Source of the DNA: Promethearchaeota archaeon | Lineage (GTDB): Archaea > Asgardarchaeota > Lokiarchaeia > Sigyniarchaeales > SOKP01 | DNA: 64,000 nt | Assembly: GCA_016839585.1 (NCBI GenBank) | Contig: JAEOTZ010000003.1 | Span: forward strand, 27,866 to 91,865 | Reading direction: 5' to 3' | Shown: positions 18,327 to 27,420 of the stretch, piece after piece | How positions within the stretch are numbered: the stretch's first letter is position 1 | How the letters are laid out: the number at the start of each line of letters is the position of its first letter | The notes under the pieces: generated by a model | Seen by the model: only the letters and a program-made list of their open reading frames with translations | Databases searched by the model: none | What the model was told of the DNA's origin: nothing | Translations under genes and position numbers: made by a program

Positions 18327-19790
18327 TTATAAATTTTTTGTGACCCGTTTTTTCTCAAGAATTTCAAGACTGGTAGACATGAATATTCGACTTAATTTTT
18401 TATAAATTTTAGAATTTTCTTTAATTGGTTCTTTAATCGTTGGAAATCTAACCATACTTTCAATAGCTTTCTCTAGAGTATTAAATTTTTTGCTGCCATA
18501 AAATCCTAAAATAGCAGCTCCCATAGCAGCACCATCTTTGACCTCTGGAACTAATATTCGTTTTGCTATAACATCAGCAAAAATTTGAGCCCAAAAATTA
18601 CTATTCATTGCTCCTCCATCAATTCTTAGCTCAGTACTTTTACCACCTACCATCCCTTCTATCAATTGGTAATACATTTGAGCACTTAGGGCAGCAGATT
18701 CCATAATAGCTCTTGCAAAATGAGCTCTACCGTGATGCCACCCCAATCCGTGAATTGTTCCTTTCCTAAATATATATAGAGGGATGAATAAAAGGCCATT
18801 ACTTCCAGGAGGTGCTTGTTCTGCTTCTTTACTTAGAGTATCGTAGACATTAGTATTTAAAGCCTCAGCTTCATTTAGTTGTAACTGAGAAAAATTTCTT
18901 GCATAAGTCTGAAACATTGTTCCAGTACCAGGCATTATTCCTTCAAGTACCCATCTCCTTTCAAGAAGGTGTGGCCATGTGAATATAGGAAAGTCTCCTG
19001 CTGCTCGTATTGGTTCATCAATAACGAGATCTACAAAGGTCCCTGTTCCCATAGTTACTTTTGCTTGTCCTTTTTCAATTACACCAAGTCCTAGAGCTGC
19101 ACATTGCTGATCTCCACCACCTAAAATAATCGGGATATTTGAATTTAACCCTAATTCCGTTGATGTATTGCTTGATAATTCTCCTATGATGCTGCCCGGC
19201 ATATGTACGTCGGGCCACAAATCAACTGGTAAATCATAAGCTTCAGATAATTCATCATCCCATTTCCAAGTTTTTAGATTTAAAATGCCCATAATTGCAT
19301 TTGTCGGATCAGTTACGAATTCCCCACAAAGTTTTAGGTATGTATAAGAAATAGGATCGATGATTTTGTTTGCTTTATTAAATAATTCAGGTTTGTTTTT
19401 TTTTAGCCATAATAATTTTGGAATTGAGTTTCTCCATGCTAATTCTTCATTAAATCCTTTGGCATCAGTTATTTCTCTGTCATCCATCCAAGTTAGCGCG
19501 GGATGAAGTATCTCGCCGTCCTTGGAAATAATAGTTACAGTACCCCTAGAAAATGCTGCTGAAATTCCAATAATGTCTTCAGAATTGAATTTCCCACTGT
19601 TTACTACCGAATTGCATGTTCTTTTTATAGCATTCCACCAGATTATTGGATCTTGTTCTGAAATACCTACAGGTTGTTTCACAATGGGATATTCCTCATA
19701 AGCACGAACAATTACTTTACCATTCATATCGAATATAATAGTCCTTGTTCCAGTAGTACCAACATCAAAGACACACATCAAATCGCTCAT
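18327..19790 (-). CDS. FGGY-family carbohydrate kinase
   Basis: DVGTTG, EQDP, GGGDQQCAALGLG and DGGAMNS..WAQIFADV motifs. Confidence 0.92.
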   Translation of the reverse strand: MSDLMCVFDVGTTGTRTIIFDMNGKVIVRAYEEYPIVKQPVGISEQDPIIWWNAIKRTCNSVVNSGKFNSEDIIGISAAFSRGTVTIISKDGEILHPALTWMDDREITDAKGFNEELAWRNSIPKLLWLKKNKPELFNKANKIIDPISYTYLKLCGEFVTDPTNAIMGILNLKTWKWDDELSEAYDLPVDLWPDVHMPGSIIGELSSNTSTELGLNSNIPIILGGGDQQCAALGLGVIEKGQAKVTMGTGTFVDLVIDEPIRAAGDFPIFTWPHLLERRWVLEGIMPGTGTMFQTYARNFSQLQLNEAEALNTNVYDTLSKEAEQAPPGSNGLLFIPLYIFRKGTIHGLGWHHGRAHFARAIMESAALSAQMYYQLIEGMVGGKSTELRIDGGAMNSNFWAQIFADVIAKRILVPEVKDGAAMGAAILGFYGSKKFNTLEKAIESMVRFPTIKEPIKENSKIYKKLSRIFMSTSLEILEKKRVTKNL

Positions 19791-19838
19791 ATAATCACAT
19801 CAATAGTGTTAAATTGAATTTAATTTATAATTTATTAT

Positions 19839-21113
19839 TTAGATAAGTTTCATTAATAATTCAGATATATCTAGTATTTTATATTTATCTTTTTCATTTT
19901 CTTCTATTCCATATCCTAAACCTAATTCGCAAAGAGGACATGCTGTTAAGAAAACGTTAGCACCTGTCTCTTTTAATTCTTTTACTCTGTTGTAAGCTTC
20001 TCTAATTGCAATCTCTTTATCCGCCCAATGAACTGTTCCGCTCCAACCACAACAATGAACGTACTCTTTGTTATAGATAGGCTCGACAATTTTAAGCCCT
20101 GAAATTTTATTTAAAATTTCCCTTATAGAAGTAGTATCATTAAGGTTCCTTGAGATTAAACAAGGATCATGAATCGTAATTTTTTTAAATTCCTCTGGAA
20201 TTTCCTTTTCAAATTTTAATTTGTCATTGCTAATTAAATGGTTAATATATTCAACTATATGAACGACTTTTACTTCAATATCAATACCTGCTTTATTATA
20301 TCTATCAGTTAATGTTAACACGCAGCCTGGGCAGTCTGAAACGACGATTTTAGCACCTGTTTCTTTAATTAATTCTTTATTTTTGCCTGCAAACTTTTTT
20401 CCAGTTTCAAAATCTCTTATATTAAAAGCCGGACCACCACAACATACTCTCTTTTTTAAATTAGTCGAGAATTTTATACCTGCTTTTTTTAGGATTTCAA
20501 TATTTGCTTTAACAACCTCTGGAAATTTCATCATTTCACAGCCAATATAATAATAAACTTCATCATTTCCATCTGTTTCAATATTATCTATCCCCTTTTC
20601 CTTATAAGTTTCATAAATATTATAATCCTCTATTGTATTTGTCTTATTTAACTTATCTATCTGCTGTTTACAATAATCTGGCATTAATCCTTTATCATTT
20701 AGGTCATCCCTGACAGTTTCTAATAGAGATACTACTGAAAAATCAAAAGGGCACCAGACTTTACAACTCTCTTCATTAGTACATTTGTACATGAGGTCTA
20801 TAAAATCCTTATTTTCTTCTTTGGTTGGATCTATTTTTCCAATACTAAGATAATAGCCAATTCTAGCTTTATAACCAGGACTCATTGTTTCGGATTGTGA
20901 TGCTTGAAGGATTCCGCAATCAAATCTACACATATTTGGGCATAGCATACATTTAATTAAATTGTCTATATCAGCTTTATATTCACCCTCTGGATAGAAA
21001 TTCTTTTTTTTAAGGCGAAAGTTTTTCAATAATGTAGATTTGGTAATCCTATCAGCTTTTTCAATAAGTGGAACCATCCATTTGTATTTCTTTAACGTTT
21101 CAAAGACACCCAT
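19839..21113 (-). CDS. (Fe-S)-binding protein with CCG domains (GlpC/HdrD-like)
   Basis: CMLCPNMCRFDC, CTNEESCKVWCP, two CCG motifs, DCPGC, HDPC and ACPLC. Confidence 0.88.
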   Translation of the reverse strand: MGVFETLKKYKWMVPLIEKADRITKSTLLKNFRLKKKNFYPEGEYKADIDNLIKCMLCPNMCRFDCGILQASQSETMSPGYKARIGYYLSIGKIDPTKEENKDFIDLMYKCTNEESCKVWCPFDFSVVSLLETVRDDLNDKGLMPDYCKQQIDKLNKTNTIEDYNIYETYKEKGIDNIETDGNDEVYYYIGCEMMKFPEVVKANIEILKKAGIKFSTNLKKRVCCGGPAFNIRDFETGKKFAGKNKELIKETGAKIVVSDCPGCVLTLTDRYNKAGIDIEVKVVHIVEYINHLISNDKLKFEKEIPEEFKKITIHDPCLISRNLNDTTSIREILNKISGLKIVEPIYNKEYVHCCGWSGTVHWADKEIAIREAYNRVKELKETGANVFLTACPLCELGLGYGIEENEKDKYKILDISELLMKLI

Positions 21114-22591
21114 TAATTTTCACCTCTTTTCCAAGTATTCACATAAATTTTACCTGGATTTAGAATATTATTTGGATCAAGTAAATTTTTAATATCTCTC
21201 ATTACTTTCATTGATTTTCCCCATTCATCTTCCATCCAATGAGATCTATTAATTCCTATTCCATGATGATGAGCAATTGAGCCACCAGCATCCAATACAG
21301 CTTTAATTGTAGTATCCCAACATTCTTGATAAAATTCTAAATCTGATTTTTCTTTTGGGGGTACTCCGCCAAATGAAAAGTAAATCCCAACACCATTTGG
21401 ATAAAAATGTGAAACGTGAGCAGTAATTATTAAATTTCCTTTTACTTTATCCATTGATTCTAAAACAGAATGATAAATAACAGGGGCATTTTCCCATAAA
21501 GAAGCTACTTCAAGAGTATCAAATACAATTTTATATGTAGGCAGCATAGACGTCTCTGTTACTCTAAATCTAGTTTCAAACCAATGTTCTACTGGATGTT
21601 CACCGCATTCTACGCCTAAATTATTTTCACATTTTTCCCTAGTAATCGATTCTTCTAAATCAACGAGTTTTGAATTTCCTTCACACACAAATATAACCAT
21701 CACTTTATCCTTAGCTTGTTCAACATCTGGAAAATGCCTTTCAGTTTCAAATTGATCATAGATTCTTATAACACCGGGATAAATTTGAACTCTTAAGATT
21801 TGACTTATTGCTTCAAATGAATTTTCAATAGTGGGAAAAGCATATGATATTAAAGCACGTTTTTCAGGATAAGGCCAAATCTTTAATGTTGCTTTAGTAA
21901 CAATTCCTAGCGTACCTTCTGCACCAATAAACAATTTATCAAGTTGAGGTCCTGTTGAGGCTCTAGGAATTGTTTTAAAATTAATGATTTCTCCTTGAGG
22001 TAAAATAATTTCCATTCCTAAAACGATATCTTCAATCTTTCCATATTTTGTACTGAATTGACCTGCTGCACGGTGTGCAATCCATCCTCCTAAAGAAGAG
22101 ATATAAAGAGATTGTGGTATATGACCCGCAGTATATCCTTTAGCATTCAAATAGCGTTCTAAATTCATTCCATTAATACCAGTTTGTGCTGTTACCGTTA
22201 AATTCTTATCATTAATATCAAGAATTTTATTAAACTTTTTCATATCAACAATTATACCACCATGGATGGGTATTGCGCCTCCCACCACTCCAGATCCTTC
22301 AGCAAAAGGTATCACTGGGATTTTTTCTTTATTTGCTAACTTTAAAATTTCAGATATCTGATCAACAGTTTCTGGCCACGTTATAAAATCTGGTAATCCT
22401 GCTATTTTTCCTTCAATCACCCAATTGAATGCTAGAAGCGTAGTATCCTTAGTATAAGCCAATATATCAATATCTTTTGTTGAAACATTATTTTCTCCTA
22501 TAATTTCCTTTAATTTTGATTCTATTGCTTGCTTATCTTTAATTTCATGTCTATTTTCTTTATAAATAAGTTCAAAATTTTTAAAATCCAT
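21113..22591 (-). CDS. FAD-binding oxidoreductase, alkyl-DHAP synthase (AGPS)/YgcU-like
   Basis: GSGVVGG, GHIPQS, GQFSTKYGKIED, GAEGTLG, GIYFSF, HHHGIG and DPNNILNPGK motifs. Confidence 0.85.
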   Translation of the reverse strand: MDFKNFELIYKENRHEIKDKQAIESKLKEIIGENNVSTKDIDILAYTKDTTLLAFNWVIEGKIAGLPDFITWPETVDQISEILKLANKEKIPVIPFAEGSGVVGGAIPIHGGIIVDMKKFNKILDINDKNLTVTAQTGINGMNLERYLNAKGYTAGHIPQSLYISSLGGWIAHRAAGQFSTKYGKIEDIVLGMEIILPQGEIINFKTIPRASTGPQLDKLFIGAEGTLGIVTKATLKIWPYPEKRALISYAFPTIENSFEAISQILRVQIYPGVIRIYDQFETERHFPDVEQAKDKVMVIFVCEGNSKLVDLEESITREKCENNLGVECGEHPVEHWFETRFRVTETSMLPTYKIVFDTLEVASLWENAPVIYHSVLESMDKVKGNLIITAHVSHFYPNGVGIYFSFGGVPPKEKSDLEFYQECWDTTIKAVLDAGGSIAHHHGIGINRSHWMEDEWGKSMKVMRDIKNLLDPNNILNPGKIYVNTWKRGEN

Positions 22592-22710
22592 GAGTAATCA
22601 ATTGGTCTTATTATTATCTTACTTAAATGATTAGATTTAATTTAAAATTATTATTTTCTAAAAGAAGTTTACTATATTTTTTTCAAGAAGATTTCAAGTG
22701 TGATCTTTAA

Positions 22711-24189
22711 TTAATAAATAGTCTCTCCTGTTATCTTATTTACTTTCAAATGTCTAAATCTTGCGGTAGTACTAATTATTTCTTCACTACTTGATATCTT
22801 ATTAAAAATTTCTTCTGGAAATAGAAATTTAGCAAGATGAATTATCATTTGCTTAGTTTCTATACAATTAAATAATTTTAAACTCTCAACAGAATAAAAT
22901 AATTCACTTACTAAATCATAATTTGTATCTACTGAGAAATCTATTAGTTCTAGATTTCTATAAATTCTTGAAACAATATTATTTAAAAGAGCATAATCTT
23001 TCAGTTTTTCAAGAGTGTTTCTCATGTAATTGCAAAACAAAACATAATAAGTAGCTTCAGAAGATACAAAACCATCTCTAAATTGTTTTACTCCTTCAGA
23101 AGTAACTCTTAATTCTATTTCATCAACTATAGCTTTAATTTCATGGTCTAATAATTTACCTGCCAAAAATTTATAAAGTTTTAAGATTACGACCAATTGT
23201 GAGGTTTCAAAATCTTTCAAATAATTAGACTGGAAATATTTTGGATCTATAGATATAATATTATTAATTTGATCTTCGTTTAACCATAGTTCCATTAAAT
23301 CTGTGGATTTAAAATAATAATACGCTCCATCCGTAGCTTCAATAAGAGGGACCTCATATTCATCTACAGCTTCTTCATATAAATTTAACAAAAATTGATT
23401 TACTTTTTCCTTATCAAGATCAACATTGAGTTGTTTAGCTAAGTAAATACCACAGAAATAAATATCAGGATTTTTTAGAGTAATTAAAGGGAAATCAATT
23501 AACCATTCATCTACATTATTTTTAAGATATTCTTTAATGTGAGAAAAGTCAAATCTTTTTTGCAAATGAAAAAAATCGATTATTCTATAAATAAGATATA
23601 ATAATTGAAGTTTATCTTGAGGGTTTTCTAAATCTTCAAGACTTTCAATTTTCTTTTTATTCTCCCTAAGTTTAGTAATTATTTTTTCTCGAATTTGAAT
23701 GTATTTTCTTAAATTCTCTAATTTTTCTGGTGACTTTTCAAATAAATTTTTTAAATTCCTCAACTCCATAATAAACTCAATTGATAGAAATCCTTCCGAT
23801 TTTGCTTTTAGCATAAGAGGTGTTACTTTTATATCTACGAGATAATCAACAATTTTTTCTAAAAAAGTCTCATATATTATAGGTTCTATTTTTTTTTTAT
23901 AGAGTTCTATTATTGAGTTTATATTCTCTTTATCATCGTCCTTTAGTTCTAAAAAAGGATCTAAGAAATCGTTTTCAATTTCAATTTTTTCAAAACCTAA
24001 TTCAATAAAATCTTTTATAAGAAATGAAGTGAGATCTTCGAGAGCTTGGTTTAAATTTCCTTCTACAATTTTGTAATCACTAAAAGAATTATCAATTTTA
24101 TTAAAAAAATATTTATCAATATTATTGTAAAAAAGATCAATATCATTAAGGTATAAGTCTAAAATGTTAAATAAGCCTTGAAATATCAT
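22711..24189 (-). CDS. Hypothetical alpha-helical protein, possibly alpha/alpha-toroid (prenyltransferase-like repeats) in the C-terminal half
   Basis: 492-aa ORF with recurring IYFC/AYYY/ATYYVL/LFYSV helix motifs. The fold call is tentative. Confidence 0.6.
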   Translation of the reverse strand: MIFQGLFNILDLYLNDIDLFYNNIDKYFFNKIDNSFSDYKIVEGNLNQALEDLTSFLIKDFIELGFEKIEIENDFLDPFLELKDDDKENINSIIELYKKKIEPIIYETFLEKIVDYLVDIKVTPLMLKAKSEGFLSIEFIMELRNLKNLFEKSPEKLENLRKYIQIREKIITKLRENKKKIESLEDLENPQDKLQLLYLIYRIIDFFHLQKRFDFSHIKEYLKNNVDEWLIDFPLITLKNPDIYFCGIYLAKQLNVDLDKEKVNQFLLNLYEEAVDEYEVPLIEATDGAYYYFKSTDLMELWLNEDQINNIISIDPKYFQSNYLKDFETSQLVVILKLYKFLAGKLLDHEIKAIVDEIELRVTSEGVKQFRDGFVSSEATYYVLFCNYMRNTLEKLKDYALLNNIVSRIYRNLELIDFSVDTNYDLVSELFYSVESLKLFNCIETKQMIIHLAKFLFPEEIFNKISSSEEIISTTARFRHLKVNKITGETIY

Positions 24190-24499
24190 TTTATATTAGG
24201 AATAGTGTTGCGATAACTTTATTTTTTCTTATTTAAAGAGTATCTTTAAAAAAATTAATACTTTTCCTTTTCTAATCGAATATAAGCATTTTAAATTTAA
24301 AATTTATTTTATTGCTTATTTTATTTAACTAGCCTAATTAGATATTCTGATTATTGAAAAAAATTAGAAATTAACTATAAAAAACAATAATCCTTCTTTA
24401 TCTTATATTTAATTGCTGTATATAAACTAAAATATCTTTATTAATTTAATTTTAATAGTAAATGAGGATTGATTTTATTGAGTCCAAAAATCGATTAGA

Positions 24500-24583
24500 A
24501 TGAAACAAATAGATAGTCGATCTGGTGGTGTAAGATTAGCTTTACGGGATTTTATACATAAAGAAATTGAGAATTTGAGATAA
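24500..24583 (+). pseudogene. Ribbon-helix-helix regulator fragment
   Basis: MKQIDSRSGGVRLALRDFIHKEIENLR resembles YPSRSELIRVAVREFLLKE of the RHH gene at 62434-62724. Confidence 0.45.
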
Positions 24584-24613
24584 CTTTTAACGTTCGGTTG
24601 CATATTTCACTAA

Positions 24614-24700
24614 TATGTAATAGCTCAAAAACGGGGAACCAAAATAATAACAGAACAAGAATTTCTTGATATGGTAAATAATCAAAAATCCTTTTTTTAA
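24614..24700 (+). pseudogene. BRCT-domain C-terminal fragment
   Basis: AQKRGTKIITEQEFLDMV matches the A..lG..Ii.E.eFl.m end of ligase/RFC-type BRCT domains. No start codon and no N-terminal part. Confidence 0.5.
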
Positions 24701-24794
24701 AATGGTATTAAGAAGATAAGGAAAATTAAAAAGGTTTTAAGTTTTTATTATCTTAAAGATAATGAATTTGGAAAATTAATAAAATCTTAGGAAT

Positions 24795-26225
24795 ATGTCG
24801 CTCAGATCTCTCTTTGGAACGTCTGGAATTAGACGGGTTTTTAGTAATTATGATAATACTGAAATTATGCTAACACCTCAAATAGCTTTAGATCTAGGAT
24901 TAGCATTAGGGACATATCTAAAGTCGGGAGCCTCAGTAGTTATTGGTAAGGATATTAGGATGTCTGCTTTACCAATAGAATATGCGTTAATCTCCGGACT
25001 CGTTAGCACAGGTTGTAATGTTAAAACGGTTGGCATAGTTACCACGCCCACTTTAGCAACATCACTACGGTTTTTAAACGCAGATGCTGGAGTAATGATA
25101 ACCGCCAGTCATAATGCCCCACGCTATATTGGATTAAAATTCTGGAACCCATCTGGAATGGGATATATTGAAGAACAAGAAGATGATATTGAGCGAATCT
25201 ATAATGAGAAAGACTTTATAAAAATTGAATGGGATGGCGTTGGAAAGGTTACAACAATTGATGATATTAACGATATACATATAAAAGACGTAATTAATCG
25301 TGTAATGTTTGATGGAAGTTCATTAAATATTATTGTTGATCCTGGAAATGGGGCTAGCTGTGAGATAATTCCTAAATTACTTCATATTTACAATTGTTCA
25401 ATGTTTATAATAAACGGAAATATGGATGGTTCATTCCCTGGAAGACTTAGTGAACCGAGTAAAGAAAATCTGACTCAATTATCTAAATACATAAATATTT
25501 CCGAAAAAGGGGAAATTGGAATTGCTCTTGATGGAGATGCGGATAGAGTTGTTTTTTTAGATGAAAGAGGAGATATAGTGGACCCAATCCGTCTTTTAGC
25601 ATTAATGGCAGTTGATTATTTAAATCGAAATAAAGAAAAGATACCTAAAGAAAATAGAATAGTCACAACAGCAGTAAACTCATCCAGTTTATTAGCAGAT
25701 GCCTTAAAACCTTTTGATTGTAAAGTGATTTATACTGAAGTTGGGGATATAAAAGTTGCCCAAGCACTAAAAGAACATAATGGATTTTTGGGGGGAGAAA
25801 CGTCGGGAACGTATATATGGCCAAGTACACACTTAGGCCCAGATTCCATAGCGACTATTGCAAAAGTCTTAAGAATGAAAGCTGAAACTGGAAAAGAATT
25901 AAGAGAATTGTTGAAAGCTATCCCCGAATATCCTTATTACAGTAGCAACTTTAAATTAAAGAAGGATATTCCTTTTACTGATGAGATTAATCAAAAAATT
26001 ATTGATGAAATACAGGAATTATTAGGCTCTCAAGGAAAAAAATTGGAGAATATTAATAAAATGGATGGTGTAAGATTTGATTTTAATGATGGATGGATTT
26101 TAATAAGACGCTCAGGTACAAGTCCATATCTAAGAATTTCGGGTGAATCAAGTGTTGATTTGGAATCCACAAAAAAAATTAATGAACTAGCTAAAGTAAG
26201 GATGGAAAAATTAAATTTAATTTAA
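24795..26225 (+). CDS. glmM: Phosphoglucosamine mutase / alpha-D-phosphohexomutase
   Basis: LFGTSGIR, TASHN, DGDADR, GGETSG and RRSGTSP motifs. Adjacent to nagB and glmS. Confidence 0.85.
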   Translation: MSLRSLFGTSGIRRVFSNYDNTEIMLTPQIALDLGLALGTYLKSGASVVIGKDIRMSALPIEYALISGLVSTGCNVKTVGIVTTPTLATSLRFLNADAGVMITASHNAPRYIGLKFWNPSGMGYIEEQEDDIERIYNEKDFIKIEWDGVGKVTTIDDINDIHIKDVINRVMFDGSSLNIIVDPGNGASCEIIPKLLHIYNCSMFIINGNMDGSFPGRLSEPSKENLTQLSKYINISEKGEIGIALDGDADRVVFLDERGDIVDPIRLLALMAVDYLNRNKEKIPKENRIVTTAVNSSSLLADALKPFDCKVIYTEVGDIKVAQALKEHNGFLGGETSGTYIWPSTHLGPDSIATIAKVLRMKAETGKELRELLKAIPEYPYYSSNFKLKKDIPFTDEINQKIIDEIQELLGSQGKKLENINKMDGVRFDFNDGWILIRRSGTSPYLRISGESSVDLESTKKINELAKVRMEKLNLI

Positions 26226-26247
26226 TTTTTCTTTAATCTAAATAAAT

Positions 26248-27207
26248 TTATTCTAAGTTTTGAATTTCTATACCCTTTTCCTCTAGCAGTATTTTATTTG
26301 CAAGAAGTTTTTTACCAGCAATTTTATCAATTACATAAATTAAATTGCCACCCTTTTCTGAGTAGATTTGACCATAGGATATAGGTACTTCTGGAGTTGG
26401 GTCATTTAATAATGATTTAGTAATGGGATCCATTTTTCGTTCTCCATTAGCTAAAAGTAAAACTGTTTTTGCTCTATAAACTAATTCAGCACCCATACTG
26501 ATTGCATACCATGGCGATTCTTCTTTTGAGGGAAAATGTCCATCAATTACTGCATTAGTCATAGTATTTTCATCAAGTTTTACTATTAAGACTTTACTAC
26601 CTTCAAAAGGGATTCCAGATTCATGAAATGCTACATGTCCACGCCCTCCAACCCCTATAATCTGTAAATCTATACCTCCAGCATTCTCAATTTTTTGAAT
26701 ATAATCTTCTTGAACTGTCTTTCGAACCCATCGTAAGTATTCTGAAGCAGCATTATCTTTAATTACAATTGATTTACCCGCATCAACCCCCAGTTCACTC
26801 CAATCATCAGGATGAGCCTCAAGCTCTTTAATAAACTTTTCTTGATCAATTAAACAACCAAAAGGTACAGATGTTTCGATAAATTTCTTATTAAGAAGTC
26901 CAAATAATTCTTGTATCATAAAATAACAATAACTCTCTGGATGTATTGTGCGTTGTTGAGCATTTTCACCTGGAAGTCCCACATATTCATCAAGGTTAAA
27001 ACTCCGTATTTTAGAGTTGTCAATCTCACCATTATTCATCATTTTTGCTAAATTTTTATACAATCCTGTAGGTGAATTTCCTGTAGCTAATCCCAAAACA
27101 AATTCCTTTTTATTTTTTAATACTTTTATAATTTCTTCTTTGACTATATTAGCTGCTACTTCACTCATATGGTTAAAATCCTTAGTGATTAATACCTTTT
27201 TAGTCAT
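26248..27207 (-). CDS. nagB: Glucosamine-6-phosphate deaminase (NagB-like, with insertions)
   Basis: LGLATGNSP, FNLDEYVGL, GGIDLQIIGVGGRGHVAFHE and AISMG motifs. Confidence 0.85.
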   Translation of the reverse strand: MTKKVLITKDFNHMSEVAANIVKEEIIKVLKNKKEFVLGLATGNSPTGLYKNLAKMMNNGEIDNSKIRSFNLDEYVGLPGENAQQRTIHPESYCYFMIQELFGLLNKKFIETSVPFGCLIDQEKFIKELEAHPDDWSELGVDAGKSIVIKDNAASEYLRWVRKTVQEDYIQKIENAGGIDLQIIGVGGRGHVAFHESGIPFEGSKVLIVKLDENTMTNAVIDGHFPSKEESPWYAISMGAELVYRAKTVLLLANGERKMDPITKSLLNDPTPEVPISYGQIYSEKGGNLIYVIDKIAGKKLLANKILLEEKGIEIQNLE

Positions 27208-27420
27208 TATTATCTCACTTAAAACCTAAATTCGAATGTTTTTTTAAAACTAAAAAGAGTCATTTCTTTAAAAACTTAATTATATTAGTTATACCAATAA
27301 AAAGAATTAAATTATCTACTAGATATATTATCTACATTAATTATATTATTATATATTTAATAATGTTAATATAATTTTGATTCTTTTTTATTTTTAAACA
27401 AAAAAAATTATCTTTTTACT

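Noticed and set aside
27208-27420. glmS ribozyme
   Set aside because: The leader is almost entirely A/T, without the conserved core or pairing potential.
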